Position numbers and translations under genes: made by a program. The notes under the pieces are model-generated. The model was not told the DNA's origin, did not search any database, and saw only the letters and a program-made list of their open reading frames with translations. Positions 1 through 11,872 of a DNA stretch of 44,552 nt are shown piece after piece (the first letter of the stretch is position 1; each line of letters opens with the position of its first letter). Origin of the DNA: Octopus bimaculoides (Eukaryota); NCBI RefSeq assembly GCF_001194135.2, contig NC_069001.1, positions 37,469,477 to 37,514,028 on the forward strand, in the 5' to 3' direction.

Positions 1-455
1 TTATTAAGCAATCTATCGTAGTGGCATCTCCAGACCTTTCTTTGCATCCTGAATTGATGGAGGAAAATTGTTTTGGGGAGTTTTCTTTTGTTCTTTACAT
101 TTTGAGTTCAAATTCCACTTGGTTCATCTCTTATTTTATCATTTTGGGATCAATAAGGATCTTTCAAGAGGTGGGGGTTGAAGTTACCTACTTACCCCCT
201 CTCTTCAAAATTGCTGGCTTTTAAGTTAGTGTTTAGAATGTAAATTAATATGAAATTTTGGTGGGAGATGTTAATATAAATTCCTTTAAAACAGAAAGTT
301 TGTGTCATAGAAGAACCATGGGTGGTGGACTCATGTGGACTGGTATCACAAGAGTTAATGTCTTTTTTATTTTTTATTCTATTTTCATTTTTCTCTTTTC
401 TAATTTTTAAACTGTTAAATCAAACAATTCTATATTGAAGAGATGAGGAATTATG

Positions 456-865
456 TACATTATTTACATTTGACGGATATTTGTCCTCATCTTGCTTGTT
501 GTTAACACCATGTTTCGGCTGATATACCCTCCAGCCTTCATCAAGCATATGGTGTAGTGGTTAAGAGCGCGGCCTACGAACCCCAAGATTCCAAGTTCGA
601 TTCCAGGCAGTGACCTCATCATCATCGTTTAACGTCCGCTTTCCATGCTAAACGATGATGATGAGGTCACTGCCTGGAATCGAACTTGGAATCTTGAATA
701 ATAATAATAATACCAACAACAGCAACATCGAAAAATACCTTAGGAATGAGAACTCAGGTTTGAAATTTCCCCAAGACACCTGATGAAGGCTGGAGGTTAT
801 ATCAGCCGAAATGTGTTAACAGCAAACAAGATGAGGGTTAATATCCGTCGAATGTAAATAATGTA
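456..865 (+). mobile_element. Composite repeat: inverted partial Penelope-like terminal repeat, tRNA-derived SINE-like head, and 3' segment with a degenerate hammerhead-ribozyme motif
   Basis: 456-543 is an imperfect reverse complement of 781-865. A tRNA-like head at ~545-616 has an A box (TGGTGTAGTGG) and a B box (GTTCGATTCC, 595-604). CTGATGA (780-786), GGCTG/CAGCC stem and GAAA (808-811) follow, with GACAC/GTGTT flanking complementarity. Confidence 0.65.
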
Positions 866-894
866 AAATCAAAGTCTTGTTTTTCTCTTTGCAG

Positions 895-1500
895 GTTCTC
901 TATCAACTTAGGATCTTCACTACATGTTTATTCGCTGTGATGATACTGGGGAAAGAAATCAATCGCAGCCAAGGCATAGCGATTGTGATGTTATTCGTCG
1001 GTGTCTGTGTCGTACAGTTAAACCTCGACACAGAACAAACACATAAACATGTTGAGCAACAGACTCAGAATAATTTCCTTGGAGTAGTTGCCATTGTCAT
1101 CTCGGTGTTCCTTTCAGGGTTTGCAGGGGTCTACTTTGAAAAAGTCCTCAAATCAACCTCCAAATCAGTTTGGATACGCAACATACAGTTGGCCAGTTAT
1201 GGCATCTTCCTTGGTTTCATAGGAATAGTCACAAAAGATGGAGCTAAAATACTTGAAAATGGCTTTTTCTTTGGCTACGATAACCTTGTGCTTCTGTCGC
1301 TTTTCATTCAAGCTTTTGCTGGCCTCAGCATTGCGGTTGTGTTCAAATATGCTGACAACGTGCTCAAGTCATTTGCCTCCTCCACGTCCATCATCATTTC
1401 TTGTATTGCTGCTGTCATATTCTTCAAAACACACCTTACACCTGCATTCTACTGTGGTACACTTTTTGTTATATGCTCCCTGTTTCTATACAATAGATAA
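895..1500 (+). CDS. SLC35A: SLC35A-family nucleotide-sugar transporter (UDP-Gal/UDP-GlcNAc/CMP-Sia type), last coding exon; upstream exons are outside the window
   Basis: Acceptor ttttctctttgcag|GTT at 894/895. Translation has family motifs VLYQLRIFTTCLF, SGFAGVYFEKVLK, SVWIRNIQL, GFFFGY, VVFKYADNVLKSFA. Stop TAA at 1498-1500; AATAAA at 2417-2422. The paralog (A1/A2/A3) cannot be resolved by eye. Confidence 0.9.
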   Translation, partial: VLYQLRIFTTCLFAVMILGKEINRSQGIAIVMLFVGVCVVQLNLDTEQTHKHVEQQTQNNFLGVVAIVISVFLSGFAGVYFEKVLKSTSKSVWIRNIQLASYGIFLGFIGIVTKDGAKILENGFFFGYDNLVLLSLFIQAFAGLSIAVVFKYADNVLKSFASSTSIIISCIAAVIFFKTHLTPAFYCGTLFVICSLFLYNR

Positions 1501-2347
1501 CTCAACCTGTTGCCCCTATTTCACACAATAACCTGGTCTATGCTGGAGCCTTCAGCCAAGTCACACTGCTTCATAGCAAACATTCAGGCCAGGTTGAAGG
1601 CCTGCAGATAATGTCATCCTCTAAGTAAACCATTCATATATATATGTGTATATATATATTTATCTATTTAAACATTTAATCCATAATCATTAGTGTGACA
1701 AAATGTATGATGTATAATTAATTCTTTAATTAATGAAAATTAGATTAATTTAAAGCAGTTGTTGTTTCCCTAAGTAAATCTAGATTTCCATGCTACAACA
1801 TGAGAATGCTACCGGCTATTTGGGAATTCTAAGGGTGAACGAGCTCTATTTGTACTCTTATACATTCTTAACAGAACACACCTCAACTATATATATATAC
1901 TTTAGACTTGATGCATCAGCCAACCACTTGGTGAATAACTTTGGAAATCTGGTAGATTAACTTAGAGAGATTCTTACGTTCCTCATTTAACATTCTGTTT
2001 CATGAAGTGCTTATTGAGGTAGTCACCTAGGTCTCTTCAAGCCTTATTTTCCATCACTACACACATTCATAATTGTGTGTGTGTGTGTGTGTGTGTATAA
2101 TTTAATTATGTGCAACAGAATTAGTATTAGATTAAATTAGCAATTTGTTTATGGTACTTAATGCAAATACATGACAAAAGTCCAAACTAACTGTGGTATT
2201 CGTTCAGGTATAATATCTCTTATGGATGTGCAATGGTAAATTAACACAAAACTATATCAGTAGCAGATGAAAACCATTCATCAGCTATGGTGGGAGTGCT
2301 AGATGTGCATTTCTGCCTTTACATATGTATATATGTGTGTGTGTTTG

Positions 2348-2382
<35 letters not shown>

Positions 2383-3199
2383 CTTAACATGAAACCAAAG
2401 GTAGCCTTAATGCACAAATAAAGAATGTTTATCCACCAATGTGGCGGTGAGCACTATATATTTATTTATTATATGGATTCATAAGAATCGAGGAATATCC
2501 ACTCACACGACAGCTGTTTCAGGAGAATTGTCTCCCTCTTTTAAATATATATATGCATGTGTGTATATATATACAACCACCACACACACATATATATATA
2601 TATATATACATACATACACACACACATCTCATATAACTGAATATATCCATGACAACCAACACTCGTTTCATTGCTCCATTCTCCCACCATCATCAATTCA
2701 CCTACTTAAACTACACCAAACATCTGCTAACAATTTTGGACGTTTTCAAAAGGGTTTCAAATCTTTTCGGTTCACAACTCAACATTTACACATTTCTCTT
2801 TTTAAACAACTCATATTTTGGTAATAATAATAATAATGACAATATTTTTTTATAACAAGAAAAACAAACTGATCTAATGTTTTTTGGGGGGTTTTTTTTT
2901 TTGCAATGAATTCTATGCCACAAAAATCTAAGAACATTCTAGATTGATGAAGGCTTGTGGGATCTAATTTATATTTTTTTATTTTCTATTTTTGGTGATA
3001 AATAACTTATATTTCCATAAAACGTCTTGCGCTTTGATGTTTTTTTTAAAAATATTTTTTCCTCTGCATTTTGTTTCCTTGTTTCAATCACTGGGATTGC
3101 AGCCTTGCTGGGGCTTCATCTTGGATGGTTTTAGTCAAACAAATCAACTAGGGATGTAAACAAACCAACACCAGTTGTCAAGTTATGGTTGGGACACAA

Positions 3200-3247
<48 letters not shown>

Positions 3248-3465
3248 GACAGGATTCTTTCAGATTCCATCTACCAAACCTTGTGCTAACTTGAAGTTAT
3301 AGTGGAAGACGCTTGCCCAAGGTGCTGCAAGTTGGAACTGAACCCAAGATCACATAGCTGGAAGACTAGCTACTTGCCACACCTTTCTATTGTTCTGGTT
3401 CCACAGTCCAAGGATGTTGATAAAATAAATATTTAACCTGTGTATGTGTGGGGTGGGGGGTCAGT

Positions 3466-3542
3466 CTAGTTTAACACCACCGCATGGTTCTCGGGGACGT
3501 TTAGCAGACTCCACTCTGTTGCCTTTTCTACGACAAATCCTG
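3466..3542 (-). CDS. Candidate terminal coding exon of NABP (unconfirmed)
   Basis: Strong pyrimidine tract and tandem CAG|CAG acceptor on the minus strand at 3544-3540. Phase-1 entry, as required after exon 5, gives (A)GFVVEKATEWSLLNVPENHAVVLN* with the stop at 3468-3466. No homology support; the real exon could lie in the 6752-7145 gap. Confidence 0.25.
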
Positions 3543-4239
3543 CTGCAAAACTCAAACCAGCAGGAAAAAAAAACAATCACGAACCAAGGGAAACAACTGT
3601 GTAAATCCCGGCAATTCATGTTTTCTGGTCTTTTACGTGTTTGGCATTAGACGCTGACCATGCTGGGGCACCACATTGAAAAGTTTTAGTTTAATAAATC
3701 AATCCAACTATATATTTTTTAAAGCAGGACACTTATCCTGTCCCTTCCGACGAACCGCTCATATACGGGAACGTAAGCATTCAAACACCCAACGGGCTTC
3801 CACAGTTTCTCTCTACCAAATTGACTCACAAGACATTGGCTGGCCTGGGGCTATAGGAGATAGTTGCTCGTAGTGTCATGTAGTGGGACTGAACCCCAAA
3901 CCACAATATTGCAAAGTGAGTTTCTTAAGCACAGAGGAACACTTGTACCTGTTGTAGAGAGATTTGCCAATTGAATGAGGTTCCTTGGGCAACCCAAAGC
4001 CTTGTAAGTGAATCTGGTAGACAGAAAGTTATGGGGAAGTCTGTCGTGTGCATGTTATATGTCTCTGTATCTCCCCACCGTTTCACAACTGCTGTTGGTT
4101 TGTTTATGTCCTCATAAATTATCAGTTTAGCAAGTGACTGATAGAATAAGTACCAGACTAAAACCCTTTCAAGGAAGGACCCCAGCATGGCCACAGCTCA
4201 ATGAATGAAAAAGATGTTTATGTATCTGATAATGGTTTC

Positions 4240-4440
4240 AAATTTTGTCCCAAGGGCAGTAATTTTGGTGAGGGGGGGGGGAATGAATCGACAACACCGA
4301 CCCCCGGGTTCAATTGATACTCATTTTATCAACCCCAAAAGGATGAATGGTTAAGGTGACTACGGCAGAATTTGAACTCAGAATGTCGTGTCGGGTGAAT
4401 TTGTCTGGTGCCCTTACAATTCTGCCAGCCCGCCATCTTA
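4240..4440 (-). mobile_element. tRNA-derived SINE-like repeat, family B (also ~25545-25700, ~27655-27870, 29904-30115, and partial ~34065-34215)
   Basis: The recurrent body cccc(g/a)aaaggatgaa(a)gg...gacct..ggcggaatttgaactcagaa is seen in several places. Its reverse complement has A-box and B-box-like motifs (GAGTTCAAAT). Confidence 0.75.
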
Positions 4441-5191
4441 AGTGTGTGTATCTAATAATGAAAGATGTGAATATCTCAAAATCTCTTCCATGCTCACATG
4501 GGTCAGACGGAATTTGTTGAGGCAGATTTTCTACAGCCAGATGCAGTTTTTTTATTGCCAATTCTTCACTCATTTCCAAATATAGTAATATTTCTCCCCA
4601 TGACCAGAGATGACAATAGTATCCACTTTGATAGCACGTGCTTACATCCTCAAAAATAGCTGACCAGTGTCTGAAGCAGGTGAGGTTGGAAGAGCATTGT
4701 GGATGGTTGTCTGCAAAATTTGATGTCGAGTCCAGACAATTATTGCTGTCGATTAGATTAAAGAAGGCAACTGATGAAAAACATGCAGAATCGGCCAATT
4801 GGAAAGGCGAGATCTCTCTTCAGAACGATACTAAGCACCATGTTTATTCTAATGGCTTCTTTCTGGAACCCACTCCTTTTCTTCTGCTCCTTGATAGTCA
4901 GTCCTTTCAGCTTTCTGTCAACCGACGTCCTTCAAAATTTGTAGACTTCTTTTCCTTCTTTGAATATATTACAATGACCTCAAACCTTGTTTAGGACAAA
5001 ATTGTGTGTGTGTTTGGTGATGCAAACAGGAAAAATATATAAGTGTCAAAGCACCAAACTCACCATTCTAGTTGGTGTTGCTTCTGCTAAACATCAAAAC
5101 ACACACATTGTGTGTGTGTGTGTCTAATGCCTGGTGGGATTTCAAATTTATTAATGTAACTTGCAACACAACACATTTCATAACTATGTTA

Positions 5192-5534
5192 AAGGGACCA
5201 ACTAATAAAGTTCACGTCCAACAGTGCAGTTCAATGTGGCCTCCTTTTGTTGTCTGCCATACACATCTGTTACGCCAGTTGAATGAGCAAAGAAAACAAG
5301 ATGTGCATGAAGCTATTCACAGGATAGTAACACAAATGATGCCACACCAGACCAATGCATCAGTCTACATGTGGATGCTGCACAGAAAAGTTCAAGGCAT
5401 TCTTTGGCTTACACTTGATGTTCTTTGTTGTATGCAGCAAGAACCGGAATATCGATTAGATGTGTGCAGGGAAACAAATGAAAGCAACATCAAACTGCAC
5501 CAAACTATATGTGAACTTTGCTAGTTGGCCCCTT
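5192..5534. mobile_element. MITE with ~23-bp terminal inverted repeats, flanked by TTAA/TA
   Basis: AGGGACCAACTAATAAAGTTCAC (5193-5215) matches the reverse complement of 5511-5533 (AGGGGCCAACTAGCAAAGTTCAC) at 20/23. TTAA overlaps both ends. Superfamily unresolved (Kolobok-like or Tc1/mariner-like). Confidence 0.7.
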
Positions 5535-5581
5535 AATTAACATGGATATGAAATGCCACCATGACACGTGTGTGTGCGTGC

Positions 5582-5647
<66 letters not shown>

Positions 5648-6751
5648 ATACACACGCTTGGACTGTTCAATGTAGCTATCATCCAAAGCTGCAAACCCCA
5701 AATTGGTCATCAAATGAAACTCCTGGACTGACCAGTGGTCAGTGTCAACAACTACAGCCACTGCCAGTTGCAATAACAACAACAAAAGAGAATTTGTAAG
5801 AAAAATGTATTGTAAATAATGAAATGATAATGAAGTATGTTGAGAGGTCAAACCTGGGAGAGGAGAGCAGAGTATATAGATGTGTATGTGTGTGTGTGTG
5901 TGTGTGTGTTTGCGTGTAATGATTGAGAAGTTTACTTTACAACCATGAGGATCCAAGTTCAATCTGTGTCTTTGGCATTGTGCCTTATGTCACAGCGTTG
6001 GGCCAAAGTAAGGCTGATCAATTAAATTGAGTGGAAACTGTTCAGAAGCCCTTGGCTGCATTGTACTGCATATTCAAAAGGGTATATAAACCTGGATCCC
6101 ACCTTTCTATGCTGATTCTGTCTGAAGATTAATATTAAGGATGGACACGACTGGAATACTCAGCCAGTAGGCCATTCAGCTCACAAAAGTAGGGATCAGG
6201 GCTGAAACCAAATGGGACTTTTTTTTTCAACTATACACTTGTACGACCTCAATTATGAAAGCAAATAGAGTGTGTGTGTGTGTATCTATGGGGTATATGT
6301 AACTAGTAGATAAAAGCATATGCATACATGAACACGCACACACATTTATTCCATTTTTAGTAGATTCAGCCACTGGGTTGTGGCCATGCTGGTGCAGCAT
6401 CCTCAAAATATTAGTCAACTACCAACCATGACAGCTTTGTTTTATTTTTCCATCTCTACTTGACAAATCTCTAAGTCACAAGAGATTAACAGACTACACT
6501 GAACTTTAGGCACATACACACATATGGAAGGCTTCAGCACAGTTTCCGTCTCCCAAACTCCGCTCCCATGGTTTTGATCAAAGCAAAGCTAAGGAAGAAT
6601 TTACTTGCCCCAGCAGCATGCAGTGGGGATTGAACCCTAGAAGCGACTGGCTGTGAAGCAAACTCCTTAAATACACACACACACAATTTGTGTGTGTGTA
6701 TGGATATTTTAATAATTAAAATTGTTTCACTGCTTTGTTCCTCTTGGGGGG

Positions 6752-7145
6752 NNNNNNNNNNNNNNNNNNNNNNNNNNNNNNNNNNNNNNNNNNNNNNNNN
6801 NNNNNNNNNNNNNNNNNNNNNNNNNNNNNNNNNNNNNNNNNNNNNNNNNNNNNNNNNNNNNNNNNNNNNNNNNNNNNNNNNNNNNNNNNNNNNNNNNNNN
6901 NNNNNNNNNNNNNNNNNNNNNNNNNNNNNNNNNNNNNNNNNNNNNNNNNNNNNNNNNNNNNNNNNNNNNNNNNNNNNNNNNNNNNNNNNNNNNNNNNNNN
7001 NNNNNNNNNNNNNNNNNNNNNNNNNNNNNNNNNNNNNNNNNNNNNNNNNNNNNNNNNNNNNNNNNNNNNNNNNNNNNNNNNNNNNNNNNNNNNNNNNNNN
7101 NNNNNNNNNNNNNNNNNNNNNNNNNNNNNNNNNNNNNNNNNNNNN
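6752..7145. other. Assembly gap (N run)
   Basis: Run of N. Confidence 1.
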
Positions 7146-7176
<31 letters not shown>

Positions 7177-8811
7177 CAGCTAGAAATTACAGCTAAGTCT
7201 CCCTTAATTCATAACTTTGTTGTGGTTACTTCTCACCAATAACAGTCCTGTCTTTTATTTAGACTAATTTTATCTTGGAGTATGTTATCTAAAGTGTTTT
7301 GTTGCTGCTGGGTCTCTGGTCAGCTCTGATTCAGTAAAACCAACAATCAATGATATCTCAAACACAGTGTATCAAGGAATACATTGTCCAATGCTTCCTA
7401 CTTTGTATGAACCCCTTAACATTTAAACTGGCCATATCCAGTCCAAATATTGTTTTATATTTGGGTGGATTTAGTAGATGGAAACTGAAGGAAGCCCGTC
7501 GTATGATGCTGGTGTGTTTAGATCCCCGTAACTTAGCAGTTCAGCAAAAGAGGCCGATAGAATAAGTACTAGGCTTACAAAGACGAAGTCCTGGGGTCAA
7601 TTTGTTCGACTAAAGATGGTGGTGCTCCAGCATGGTCGCAGTCAAATGAGTGAAACAAGAAAAAGAATAAAAGAACATCCAGATCTGTCTTCTCACACCT
7701 ACCCTACAATGTCATTCTAAAAATAATCACATCATCAAAATCTCAAAGCTACAAGTAATAATGCAGGATTAGTTGAAAACCAAATAAAGCAGCAACAGAT
7801 TTGTGAGAATTATCTGAATGCTTAACCCTTTAGCAGCCAGATTACCCAGTCAAATGTAATATTTATTCATTCACATTGTTTTGAGTTAATCCTGGATTAT
7901 CTCATAGCTCTGAGGTTTCAGTGATGTGATTGCTTATTTCTAGACAAAAGAGGGGACAGTTATGGCTGGAACATTTTTGCTTATAGTTCTGATGGGCGAA
8001 AAATAACCACAGTGAAGAACACAGTGTAGTTCTAGATACTCCTGTCTGAATAACATGGGATGGTCACAGTCGGAACGTCTCATTGCCTGTTGGATGAATC
8101 AGAGCTAAATCACAATTATCCACTTTTTCCAGGCTTGCATCGGTCAGACAGACTGGCCAGAGGCCCTTGTTGTCAATCCTCACTTGTGTCCATGCAAGGT
8201 AATATTTCACCATGACCAGACATATCTTGGGGATTGAGGGAAAACAAAAGGACACTGAATGACAGTGAAACTTGTTTACAACGGCGACGTATGTAAGAAG
8301 AGGAGGAGGAGGAGGAAAGGTTTACATTGCAGCTGAGTGGTTAAGAAGCTTGCTTCCCAACCATGTTCAGCCAAGTTTCTTCTAGTACAGTCCTGGGCCA
8401 AACAAAGCCCCGTGAAGGTATTTGGCGGATGGACTCTCAAATAAGCCTATGAAATGTGTGTGTATATATACATCCGTGTTGATATCATTTGATAGTTCCC
8501 TGTCACACAAGCAGTGCTGTTCATTTCCAGTCTTCTATGCATGATAAAACATGTCTGGCCATGAGGCAACATTACCTTGCTTGGAAACAGTTGAGGGCTG
8601 ACAAGAGAACAGGGTATCCGACCATAGAAAATCTGCCACAACAAAATTCATCTAACTCATGGAAGCATGCAAATGTGGACATTAAAACAATGATAATTAA
8701 TGACAATTAAGCAATGTTGTATTTCCATTGCCCAACCAATTCTTCTATGAGTATAAGCAAAGAATATAAAAATTGGAAGACGGAGACAAATTAATGAAGT
8801 GCCACCCTTAC

Positions 8812-8977
8812 CTGTGGGAACACCTGGAGGGACGCCCATAGGAACTGGCATAGGTGGTCTGGCCATAATGGCATTGTTCGGTACAGGTGGGCCTTGGTTC
8901 ATTATCATTGACTGAGAGGAGTTTCCATTGTCTGGTTGTTCTGATGGAGGAGACTTCCGCTGACCAGGGACATCTTG
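8812..8977 (-). CDS. NABP: NABP/SOSS-B coding exon 5 (Pro-rich low-complexity tail)
   Basis: Acceptor tattattgcag|CAA and donor G|gtaagg. 166 nt, phase 0 to 1: QDVPGQRKSPPSEQ...PPMPVPMGVPPGVPT(G). In phase with exon 4. Confidence 0.75.
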
Positions 8978-9059
8978 CTGCAATAATAGAAAAGAGTTTC
9001 ATTTTAAATGCTAATTAATTGAATCCTGATTATCTTCATGCAGGCATGGATTTATGAGG

Positions 9060-9260
9060 GCACTTGATAGCCATGAGAGAGGATCCACTAGGGCTGTGTA
9101 GTGTGTCCAAATTAACAGGGTACCAGATACTCACCAGAGAAGGGTCACAGGCACTGTAGTGTGCCCAAGTCAAAAGGGCATCAGGTACCCTTGAGATAGG
9201 GTCCACTGGTGTTGTGTAGTGTACCCAATACTCATCACATAAGGGATCATTGGTGAATGA
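9060..9260. repeat. Degenerate minisatellite (~50-55-bp units)
   Basis: Repeated gg(a/g)tcca(c)..g....tgtagtgt(g/a)cc(c)aa motifs in NABP intron 4. Confidence 0.55.
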
Positions 9261-10062
9261 GTGGGATGGTCGATGCTTTAAGCCTTGGTCAGCAGTAACC
9301 CAGTAGACTTATGATCAAAGACATTCCAGTGGTGACCATCCTGTTAAAATCCTCACACACACACTTGCTCACCCAAGACTACACCATTGAAGAAGACCAT
9401 CCTCTTCAAAACATTAGACTGTCATTGGAGTTAGATTTAGCTACCGTTTCTATTAGATTGCTTGAGACAACTGGCTGGCGTCTTTCCTGTTCCGAGTAAA
9501 GCCAGAGTTTATCTGCAACATAATGACGGCATCTGGTGATATTTGAACTGGTGTCCTTGTGATCCGTTGCCCAACAACTTAAACACACTGGTTCGCAACC
9601 TTTTGGGTTTTGTGCCACATTGCAATTTAAAAATACAGAAATCTATTATCCAGTTTCAGTAATCGTATTTCTGTTTAACCCTTTTGTTACCATATTTCTG
9701 CTGAAACAGACAGATGTTAAAAGGAAACAAAAGTTCCTGAAAGGAACTGCATGACGATCACAGCTTCCACACCATTACCCAGTTTCATGCTTGCAGGAGT
9801 TAGAATTTAATGAAACAAACTTTTCTCTGGCTGGATGCCCTTTCTGTCACCAACCCTCACCTATTTCTAAGCAAAGAAATATTCCCTCATGGCTGAAAAA
9901 TTTGAAATCAGGACACCACATGCCATTTCCATAAGGTTCCACACACTGGGATTGAACCCAAAACTATGTCATTGGGGAGGAAACTTCTTACCACAAAACC
10001 ACACCTGGTCCTTCAATTAATTATCCAGAATAATTAAGTAGAATATTGCAAAAAGAAAGTAC

Positions 10063-10120
10063 CTTGAAATCTAAATTGGCTTCACTCATGTTTGGTGTCT
10101 CAATAAACTGCATCGTGAAT
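10063..10120 (-). CDS. NABP: NABP/SOSS-B coding exon 4
   Basis: Acceptor ctcctctccag|A and donor AAG|gtac. 58 nt: (E)FTMQFIETPNMSEANLDFK, matching the recalled hSSB1 segment EFCMVYSEVPNFSEPN. Confidence 0.88.
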
Positions 10121-10956
10121 CTGGAGAGGAGAAAAATAAAACAAAGCAAGAAACATTAGATATAAAATGGCAGCCAAAGAATACAACAAGGAAGAAACAC
10201 AAGAGAAAGATTACAGAAATGGCCCTCCACCCTGATTGCTCCCATCCACTCTAATGTACATAACCATGCAACCTCTCCACAGCAAAAACTTGTTCTGTTC
10301 TGGCCCCTTCTTTCACTTTAACTCCTCATTTCCTAGCAAAGTGCCACCTCTCTCTCTACTGTAACCCCACTCAGTTGAAGGGGATTTTAGTCTTGCATTT
10401 AGGGTTTCAAAACGGCACCTCATACAATCTGTATTGTTGGTATTAGAAAGGGCATCCAGCTGTAGAAAGCATGCCAAAAGAAAATGGATGTTAAAAAGAT
10501 GACCCTCCCACACACACACACAATCTCCTTTTGGTTCTGTTCTCATTGTGAGGACTCTTGCTGCTGTGGTGATTAATGATGGTGGTTCAAGTGAGTTGTC
10601 CAGCTTACTACCAAGAAAAAGAGTACGTTTGATAATGGACACAAGAGAAATAGCAGTATGACCACAGCTGGAAAGCACCAATCCCAGATCTCTTTTGTCA
10701 TCACACAATCTCCTAAAAAATCCTTAAATCCCATCTTGTCTTCAAAAAATAAAAAAGGTAAGATGGGATGGTCATGGGGGCTAACCATACATAACCTCTA
10801 TGAAGGTTAAATAACAGAAACATTGAATATTGTTTTGCTAACCCTTCATCTGACATTGGGCCGTCTTCAAACTGTGCCCTTCCCCTTTCATCAATGAGGC
10901 AAATCCCACCATCAGACATACAGTGCAACAACAACAATAACAACCACATTACTTAC

Positions 10957-11028
10957 TCTCCCATCTTGGTGATTTCACCATTCTTGCCAGTATACAGCGT
11001 CAAACATCCTTTCCAAAGTGAGGAATAA
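10957..11028 (-). CDS. NABP: NABP/SOSS-B coding exon 3
   Basis: Acceptor tttctttatag|T and donor GA|gtaagt. 72 nt: (G)[23 protein letters not shown](E), matching hSSB1 [25 protein letters not shown]. Confidence 0.93.
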
Positions 11029-11872
11029 CTATAAAGAAACAAATGAAATTGATTTATTTTAACTAATCAACAAGGTTTCCACACACACACATTGACACTC
11101 CAGTCTGATGATTGAAGAAAGACGATGGGGACACAAAGTCTGTCTGTCTGTGTATAGGGTAAACATGTGTGCTGAGAGTGCAGCTGTATTCTGTGTCCAA
11201 ATGCAAGAGTCAATGCCTCATCAGGGAGTGAAATAGCTGGAGGGTTTTCAGCCTTTTCCACTGCAACATCAAAGCAGCCTAAAGCCACCTGCTGATGTCA
11301 GTTAAATTCCCATACACAACAGCACACCTTAAAACAGAAAAATGTTAACTGGAAATAGAGCTGTAGTATTACTGTTTATTCTTAAGTTTAACCCTTTTGT
11401 TAGCAAATTTCTGTTGAAATATGCAGACTTTGTTTCAATTAATTGTAAAAATTGAAAATTTAAAAAACTGATGAAGTCCCTTTTAGGCTGTAGTTTGGAA
11501 CATAATAAACATGAAATTTTAATTTAGATAATTCATAATTCTAAAACAAGTTCGTATCACCTGAACAGCATTAGTCTCAGTTGGTTTGGCATGAAAAGTG
11601 TTCAACATGAAAAATTTAATAGAAGCAGCATCTGGTGAGTTGTATTGAAAAGAGAAAGAATATCTAAGACAACACGGCCTCACCAAATATGCCTGAAAAA
11701 TTGGGATGGTCATGGCTGGAATGCAATTGATTAGGGTTGGCTTTAAGCTAAGCAACGACATGGCTGTTTGGTTAAAACGTTTTTATATCAAGTTACTGAG
11801 TTTAATCACATCACAGAGCTCCTGGTGGCTCTGGTCAACACAAACCATGTAAATGTTTCTGGCCATTTTCTA

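Noticed and set aside
21-224. 67-aa ORF upstream of the SLC35A exon
   Set aside because: No SLC35A motifs or convincing splice sites; AT-rich intronic sequence.
545-616. tRNA gene-like A and B boxes (also at 27408, 34500, 35482 and 39886)
   Set aside because: No complete cloverleaf or acceptor stem; each continues into a SINE body.
775-817. Catalytically active hammerhead ribozyme in this copy
   Set aside because: Only one nucleotide lies between GAAA and helix I, so helix III and the NUH cleavage triplet are missing.
5645-5764. Possible NABP terminal exon (VAVVVDTDHWSVQEF...)
   Set aside because: The frame runs into a (TA)n microsatellite without a stop or credible donor.
6688-7242. Long ORFs of 153-184 aa in the ORF track
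   Set aside because: They are open only because they run through the N gap and a poly-A tract.
11096-11180. Plus-strand C/D-like pattern (CACTC..CTGATGA...CTGA GAGTG)
   Set aside because: Antisense to the host gene, box C lacks the leading purine, the stem is offset by 4 nt, and there is no recognisable guide.
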